Positions 62,016 to 64,000 of a stretch of DNA of 64,000 nucleotides are shown one piece after another. Under the pieces are notes generated by a model. It was not told where the DNA came from. It saw nothing but the letters and a program-made list of their open reading frames with translations, and did no database searches. Origin of the DNA: an uncultured Ruminococcus sp. (lineage in GTDB: Bacteria; Bacillota; Clostridia; Oscillospirales; Ruminococcaceae). How positions within the stretch are numbered: the first letter of the stretch is position 1; each line of letters begins with the position of its first letter. Location: the NCBI GenBank assembly GCA_946534605.1, contig CAMNCU010000003.1:954-64953 (forward strand), read 5' to 3'. The translations under genes were made by a program, and so were the position numbers.

Positions 62016-62990
62016 TTATTGATTTTGATTTTCGGAATTGAAAAACAGATTCCGGAATTCTTCTTCGCTGATGTCAGCACTGCGGAACAGATAGTAATTT
62101 TCTTCGCCCTCGAACTGTACCGCGGCGGCTGTTCCGTAAGGCATTCCCTCGATAAGATAGGCATTGCCGATATTTTCCACTAATTTCTGTGAGCCGTCCG
62201 GATAGCGGACAGTGACATCAATGGTATCGAACCATTCGCCGACGAGCTCCGGGCTGACAGTGTTTCCGGTCAGGCAGAAGACAGCATCTTCTCCGGAATC
62301 GTTGCCCAAGCTGTTTTTCGCCAGATGAAGCGTAATTCTCGGAAAGGCGAACGCGATAGACGCCCCCTGTTCGGTGAGTTCGTCCGGAACGGTATCCGGA
62401 ATTTCTTCTGTCTGTCCTGCGATGATGGGAAGCGTTTCCGATTCAGCAGGAATCGTCGTTGTTTCGGGGATGGTTTCCGTCGGCGGAACGGTTTCCGGAA
62501 TGATTTCCGGCTGTTCGGTAATGGGAACAGCTTCCGGAACTTCCACAAGTTCAGGGGCTTCGGTGACAGGTTCAGGCGCGTTCTGAATCGGCTGAACGGT
62601 CTGTGTTGTTGTCTGAATCATCACAGAAGTTTGGATTTCTGCGGAAGTCTGTATAGCTGTTGTACTGATTTCGGGAAGCGTCTCGGACGGGCTTTCCGGA
62701 ACGGTTTCGGGAATTCTTGTTTCTGTGATGATAGCCGGAACGGATTCCGGAACTGTTGTTGCAGATGTTGTTTCTGATTCTGTTTGAACGGCAGTTTCTT
62801 CCGGAACGTTCGGGACTGCCGGAAAGTTCTGCCGGTTCTGCCACGGATGCAGACCCATCACCACCACGAAGCCGAAACTTGCCATCACGGGCGCATACCG
62901 GAAAAACAGAACCTTCTGCCGTTGTTTCTTTCTGAGATAGTCATCACGCGCGGAAAAGACCGCCTGCGCCATCTGCTGATATGTTTTCAT
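62016..62990 (-). CDS. Putative anti-sigma factor (single-pass membrane protein with an extracytoplasmic domain)
   Basis: ATG 62990 overlaps the sigma stop (ATGA). Short cytoplasmic N-terminus, TM segment (YAPVMASFGFVVVMGL), a Thr/Pro/Glu-rich linker and a globular C-terminal domain. Confidence 0.55.
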   Translation of the reverse strand: MKTYQQMAQAVFSARDDYLRKKQRQKVLFFRYAPVMASFGFVVVMGLHPWQNRQNFPAVPNVPEETAVQTESETTSATTVPESVPAIITETRIPETVPESPSETLPEISTTAIQTSAEIQTSVMIQTTTQTVQPIQNAPEPVTEAPELVEVPEAVPITEQPEIIPETVPPTETIPETTTIPAESETLPIIAGQTEEIPDTVPDELTEQGASIAFAFPRITLHLAKNSLGNDSGEDAVFCLTGNTVSPELVGEWFDTIDVTVRYPDGSQKLVENIGNAYLIEGMPYGTAAAVQFEGEENYYLFRSADISEEEFRNLFFNSENQNQ

Positions 62991-63526
62991 AAGCAACCGC
63001 CTTCCTTTTCGAGTTGAAGTTTCAGTGATTTTCTGGCATTGTACAGAAGATTTTCGACCTGTTTTCTGGTTTTCCGCATAATCCGGGCGATTTCGTCATT
63101 GCTGAACTGCTCGAAATAAGAAAGATAAATCGCCTGCTGATAGTCCGGTTTCAGATTCCGGATAGCCTGATGCACGATAATTTTCTGTTCTTCCTGAATG
63201 TAGTCCTGTTCGATATCCTGTAAATCGGCGAATTCGGCGGCATCGTCGAGCGGAACGGACGGGCGGTGTTTCCGTAGCATATCGCGCGTGACGTTTCTGC
63301 CGATAGCGTAAAGCCATGTTTTAAAAGAAGAATTTCCGCGGAACTTAGGCTTTTTAATCGCAAGTCTGATGAAAGTTTCCTGCACACAGTCTTCTGCATC
63401 ACTGATATTGTTGGTAAAACTGACGAGATACAACAGCAGACCGTCTTTATAGTCGCGGATTAATTCCGTCATGCCGCTGTCATCTCCCTCGATATAACGG
63501 CGGTAGCTACTTGCACCGTTATCCAT
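62987..63526 (-). CDS. ECF-type sigma-70 family RNA polymerase sigma factor
   Basis: Region 2 (DAEDCVQETFIRL...FKTWLYAIGRN) and region 4 (LSYFEQFSNDEIARIMRKTRKQVENLLYNARKSL). The start could be ATG 63526 or GTG 63556. Confidence 0.8.
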   Translation of the reverse strand: MDNGASSYRRYIEGDDSGMTELIRDYKDGLLLYLVSFTNNISDAEDCVQETFIRLAIKKPKFRGNSSFKTWLYAIGRNVTRDMLRKHRPSVPLDDAAEFADLQDIEQDYIQEEQKIIVHQAIRNLKPDYQQAIYLSYFEQFSNDEIARIMRKTRKQVENLLYNARKSLKLQLEKEGGCL

Positions 63527-63602
63527 GAATTGGGGAACTCCTTTCTGCGCTTTCACTTATTAGACGAGAGGAGCGAAGCAAAACACTAAGTGAATTTTAA
63601 AA

Positions 63603-63638
63603 TTTTTTGAAAAAAATTTCTCCCGGCATTCCGGGAGA
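63603..63638 (-). terminator. Intrinsic terminator after queA
   Basis: TCTCCCGG / CCGGGAGA hairpin followed on the minus strand by a T7 run (63611..63617). Confidence 0.7.
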
Positions 63639-63644
63639 GAACTT

Positions 63645-64000
63645 TCAGGCGATAAACATGGCATCTCCGAACGAGAAGAAGCGGTATTTTTCTTCCACGG
63701 CGATTCTGTAGGCATTCATCGTATGTTCATAGCCCATAAAGGCAGAAACGAGCATAATCAGCGTCGACTCCGGCAGATGGAAGTTTGTGATAAGTCCGTC
63801 AATGACTTTGAATTCATAGCCCGGATAGATAAAGATATCGGTATCACCTTCACAGGCAGTCAGACCGTCAGGGCATCGCTGGGCGGCGGATTCGAGCGTT
63901 CGGCAGGAAGTCGTTCCGACGGAAATCACTCTTCCGCCGTTTTTCTTAGTTTGATTAATTAAATCTGCTGTTTCTTGAGGTAACATAAAATGTTCGGAAT
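63645..64000 (-). CDS. queA: S-adenosylmethionine:tRNA ribosyltransferase-isomerase, C-terminal part (gene runs off the right edge)
   Basis: ...[37 protein letters not shown]...[12 protein letters not shown] matches the QueA C-terminus. The frame stays open upstream of the track's ATG to base 64000. Confidence 0.85.
   Translation of the reverse strand, partial: SEHFMLPQETADLINQTKKNGGRVISVGTTSCRTLESAAQRCPDGLTACEGDTDIFIYPGYEFKVIDGLITNFHLPESTLIMLVSAFMGYEHTMNAYRIAVEEKYRFFSFGDAMFIA

Noticed and set aside
1-64000. Search for mobile elements, prophage, CRISPR arrays, tRNA/rRNA genes and classic toxin-antitoxin pairs.
   Set aside because: I recognised no transposase, integrase or recombinase, no phage structural genes, no repeat-spacer arrays and no tRNA-like cloverleaf signatures (for example GGTTCGAATCC-type T-arms). 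This was by-eye inspection only, so small elements could have been missed.

Overview
This 64-kb window looks like a chromosomal segment from a Gram-positive, endospore-forming Clostridia that makes dockerin-bearing (cellulosome-type) proteins. From gene content alone I infer an Oscillospiraceae/Ruminococcaceae-like gut or rumen organism; no search was possible. Housekeeping blocks:
- smpB (partial), trxA plus an FTR-like gene, an ABC-F ATPase, xth, an M18 aminopeptidase, and coaE-tsaC-prfA.
- pnp-rpsO.
- A block syntenic with the Bacillus 'spoIIIA ... nusB-xseA-ispA-dxs-tlyA-argR-recN' region. It contains spoIIIAA-AH, asp23, nusB, xseA/ispA, dxs, tlyA, nadK, argR and recN, all on the minus strand.

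Accessory, surface-directed genes are interleaved:
- Two tandem lipoprotein serpins next to a CBM22-CBM22-GH10-CBM9-dockerin xylanase.
- A DUF4832-like dockerin protein with an Ig I-set domain.
- A 1330-aa ABC-ATPase/FtsX fusion with a Met-rich repeat array.
- A 4xCAP-dockerin protein.
- A sigma/anti-sigma pair followed by two dockerin-serpins and a dockerin protein built from an unrecognised 'YCxEQGF' repeat module.

By eye I found no rRNA, tRNA, CRISPR array, transposase or integrase. The most unusual items:
1. A ~560-nt ORF-free, densely structured insert splitting spoIIIAE from spoIIIAF. It holds two paralogous two-hairpin modules plus a phased array of different perfect palindromes.
2. 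The sigma/anti-sigma-serpin-dockerin cluster, with its novel repeat module and divergent reactive-centre loops.
3. An XseA that lacks its coiled-coil region, has no adjacent xseB, and reads in frame into ispA.
4. A self-contained 25-codon micro-gene with a consensus promoter and terminator.

All functional calls come from motif recognition by eye. Coordinates of starts, promoters and hairpins are hand-derived.
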